DNA of 64,000 nucleotides from positions 496,001 through 560,000 of the forward strand of contig CATNEN010000003.1 in NCBI GenBank assembly GCA_950097015.1, read 5' to 3'. Of this stretch, positions 61,901-64,000 are shown piece by piece. A program made the position numbers and the translations under genes. Position 1 is the stretch's first letter. Each line of letters opens with the position of its first letter. The notes beneath the pieces were generated by a model. That model had not been told where the DNA came from. It saw only the letters and a list, made by a program, of their open reading frames with translations, and ran no database searches. The stretch comes from Macrostomum hystrix (taxonomy: Eukaryota > Animalia > Platyhelminthes).

Positions 61901-62506
61901 ATCATAATCAAAGATCTAGGATGAGAAAAAAAATCACCTGGAATCGGCGCTACTTGTATTATATCCATGCTGACAATTGGCCTCCATATAATCCAATAGG
62001 CCGCGCAGAAACTCGTGCGCATCCTCTTGCCTATTAAGCCGCATGGTTGGCGAGATGGCGCTGACGCGGTTCATGAAGGCGCGGGGGTAGCAGGAGCCGC
62101 CGCCGTTGCAGCTGTAGCGTTTGTAATAGCGCAAAAATTCGCACACGGCGCACCATTTCTCGGCGCCAGTGCCGATACGACAGGCGGCTGAGTGGCTGCA
62201 CAAAACGAAATTGATAAAAGCTGGCGTGTGCAATAGCGACTGCAGCACGGAGATCATGTAGCAATAGTTGCCTTCGTTTGTGAAGCCAAACGGCACGCCT
62301 GGATAACTGTGCTGCAGCTGCACCAGCTTGTAGGAAAATAGCTTCGGCTGCTGGGCCTGCATCTGCTGCTGCGGCCTGTCACCATTGAGCAGGCCCTGAG
62401 CAGAGTGGTGAGCATAGCCATTGGATGCTGAAGTCCCAGATGAGCCGACGCCATTGCCGTTAGTTGAACTGTGCTTCGGCTGCTGCTGCAGGATGGGTGC
62501 GAGCAT
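58920..62506 (-). CDS. Ubiquitin-specific protease, USP36/USP42-like; exons 62506-61938, 61279-59569, 59117-58920 (start codon tentative)
   Basis: Cys box GFTNEGNYCYMISVLQSLLHTP, RQEDAHEFLR, Zn-finger CSKC / YKCEKC, LTIQLNRF, and His box VVIHQGASTKYGHYYCYAK...WWCLNDSSV, then PYILFY. A long Ser/Ala/Pro low-complexity region and a Lys/Arg/His-rich tail follow. Confidence 0.88.
59224..59520 (+). mobile_element. SINE family A, full length (last USP intron)
   Basis: Homolog of 14816-15124. ACTAGAGGT is repeated at 59220 and 59530. Confidence 0.9.
61441..61890. repeat. ~24-bp minisatellite built on AACCAATCAG (USP intron)
   Basis: Unit CCAATCAGAGAAAAGATGCCACAA. Confidence 0.88.
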
Positions 62507-62917
62507 CGCGGCGGGCCGCGGAAAGCCGACGCTCTTAACTGAAGTCGCCGTCAGTTGAGGCAATGAAGCGAAGAAAACGCGGCAATCAACAGTGGCTATG
62601 GACGGGGAACTAGGGGATGCAGGCCTGCCGGTCGCTTGCTTAAGACTCAATTGGGCATGCCGCAGATTTTTTCTGCAAAAAAATTGTTAAAATGCGAAAT
62701 GTTTCATTCATATTGACAGTTCGGATGAGGGTCCCTTAATTTCTAATACGCTGAGATTCAAGCCATTTACTCTTAATATAATATCAGAAAAAAGAGCTAA
62801 AGCTGTCGTTCATTCGTCACCACAAAACCACATTGAGCCATAATTATTAGCTCATAATAATTCAATAGTTCTTGTATTTGCCTTTCAACGATAACAACAA
62901 CAAAAACAAATACTTAA

Positions 62918-63509
62918 CAGTAGGACTACCAAGCCATTTTGCCGCCCGTTTTTATACCAAGGGGGGGAATTCCCCCCTGAAAATGTTTTGCCAGCGCCTG
63001 AATGCTTTGGGGGTGACTGATTGGTTGACAGACTAGTCGAGGGTGTCCTGTGGTTGAGCTGCGCCTAATAGTTAGGCTTGAACAGTGAAATTGGAGAAAT
63101 TCGCGTCAGGGTGTCCATATTGGCCTAGTTCCACCTGTTGTAGCTCTTGAAGGTCTAGATAGATAAGAGAGATAGATCTAGATAAAGGTCGGTGACCGCC
63201 GAAGTCGGAGATGACACAAGCACATTCGGGTGACATGCTGATAAAGTTTGAAGGTCTGGAAAGGCCGCACTGAGGCGCAGTGCAAATTCGTGTATAGGGG
63301 TGTATGAACTACACTAGCTCTTATGGGAAAAATCGGACCTTCGGCCAGAAACATTGAATATGTCGACGGTCTGAAGAGCTGGCGACTTGTTTATTGTTTC
63401 AGAAGATGCGCAACAAAAAGTTGGCCCGTGTTTTTGAGTTTCGTGTCAAAAAAAATTGTCAGGGTCGCTAATTAGGGTGGGGGGGAATTCCCCCTTTGTA
63501 GTTCTACTG
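62918..63509. mobile_element. Non-autonomous TIR element (592 bp) inserted at TTAA, copy 2
   Basis: TIR CAGTAGGACTAC / GTAGTTCTACTG with TTAA on both flanks. Collinear with 30214-30803. Confidence 0.88.
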
Positions 63510-63772
63510 TTAATAATAAGACTTTCTTTTCTTAAATTAGACAGTAAGATGGGAAGGTAGGGTAGTTAAATATTGAGAGGTGCAGTCAAACCATAAATAT
63601 GGGGTAAACTATTTATTGACTAACAAAATAAAACAATTAATATATAGATATTTTACTTTGTGTCAACTCTAAAAAGAAATTTCCTCTAGAAAATCCTAAT
63701 CACACTACTGTGAGTAAGCTTGTAGAGAGCCTGAAACAGTAAATCTTCGGAGTTAGATTTTGTAATAAAAAG

Positions 63773-64000
63773 CTACCAGCGACCACCGCGAGCTTTCTTC
63801 TTCTTTTGCTGCTGCTGCTGCGGCTTAGTCTTCGTGGAAGCCGCAGATTCAGCAGCCGCAGCCTCGGCTCCGCCTTCGTTGGAGCCAGCTTCAGCGGCTG
63901 CAGCGGCGGCTGCGGCGGCAGCGGCCATCTGCTTGGCGCGCACATCCAAATCGCCGGAGGCGGCCGTGGCGCCCTGCGGGCCGCGGGTCATTTGCCTGTG
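63773..64000 (-). CDS. 3' end of an unidentified protein-coding gene (partial, runs off the window)
   Basis: GC-rich open frame to the window edge: ...[43 protein letters not shown]...KPQQQQQKKKKARGGRW*. Composition resembles the other exons. Minus-strand AATAAA at 63617-63612. Confidence 0.65.
   Translation of the reverse strand, partial: HRQMTRGPQGATAASGDLDVRAKQMAAAAAAAAAAAEAGSNEGGAEAAAAESAASTKTKPQQQQQKKKKARGGRW

Overview
Eukaryotic (animal) genomic DNA. By inference it is from a flatworm, Macrostomum-like: GC-rich exons with poly-Gln/Ala tracts, an MGVRG-type RPS4 N-terminus, and private 16-43 bp minisatellites in most long introns and intergenic gaps. Spliced genes reconstructed by hand: RPS4 (+, 4 coding exons), Rab1 (-, 4), a GHMP galactokinase/GalNAc kinase (+, 4, one GC-AG intron), a CPYC glutaredoxin (+), a strongly divergent ETS-domain factor (+, 4), a Meis/homothorax TALE homeobox gene (-, 12), a USP36/42-like deubiquitinase (-, 3), and the 3' end of an unidentified gene at the right edge. 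Mobile DNA comprises a decayed full-length Tc1 element, a hAT-type MITE with an 8-bp TSD, two copies of a ~590-bp TTAA-targeting element, a MULE transposase relic, small MITEs, and two tRNA-derived SINE families (one CORE-like). The most interesting signals: (1) the glutaredoxin's mitochondrial presequence has no genomic ATG and starts in phase 0 at a splice acceptor, as expected if the AUG-ending flatworm spliced leader supplies its start codon; (2) two candidate operons; (3) the atypical ETS domain; (4) inverted copies of one satellite facing each other inside a Meis intron; (5) a GGGAT core shared by many unrelated minisatellites. All exon models and family assignments come from reading the sequence, without database searches.
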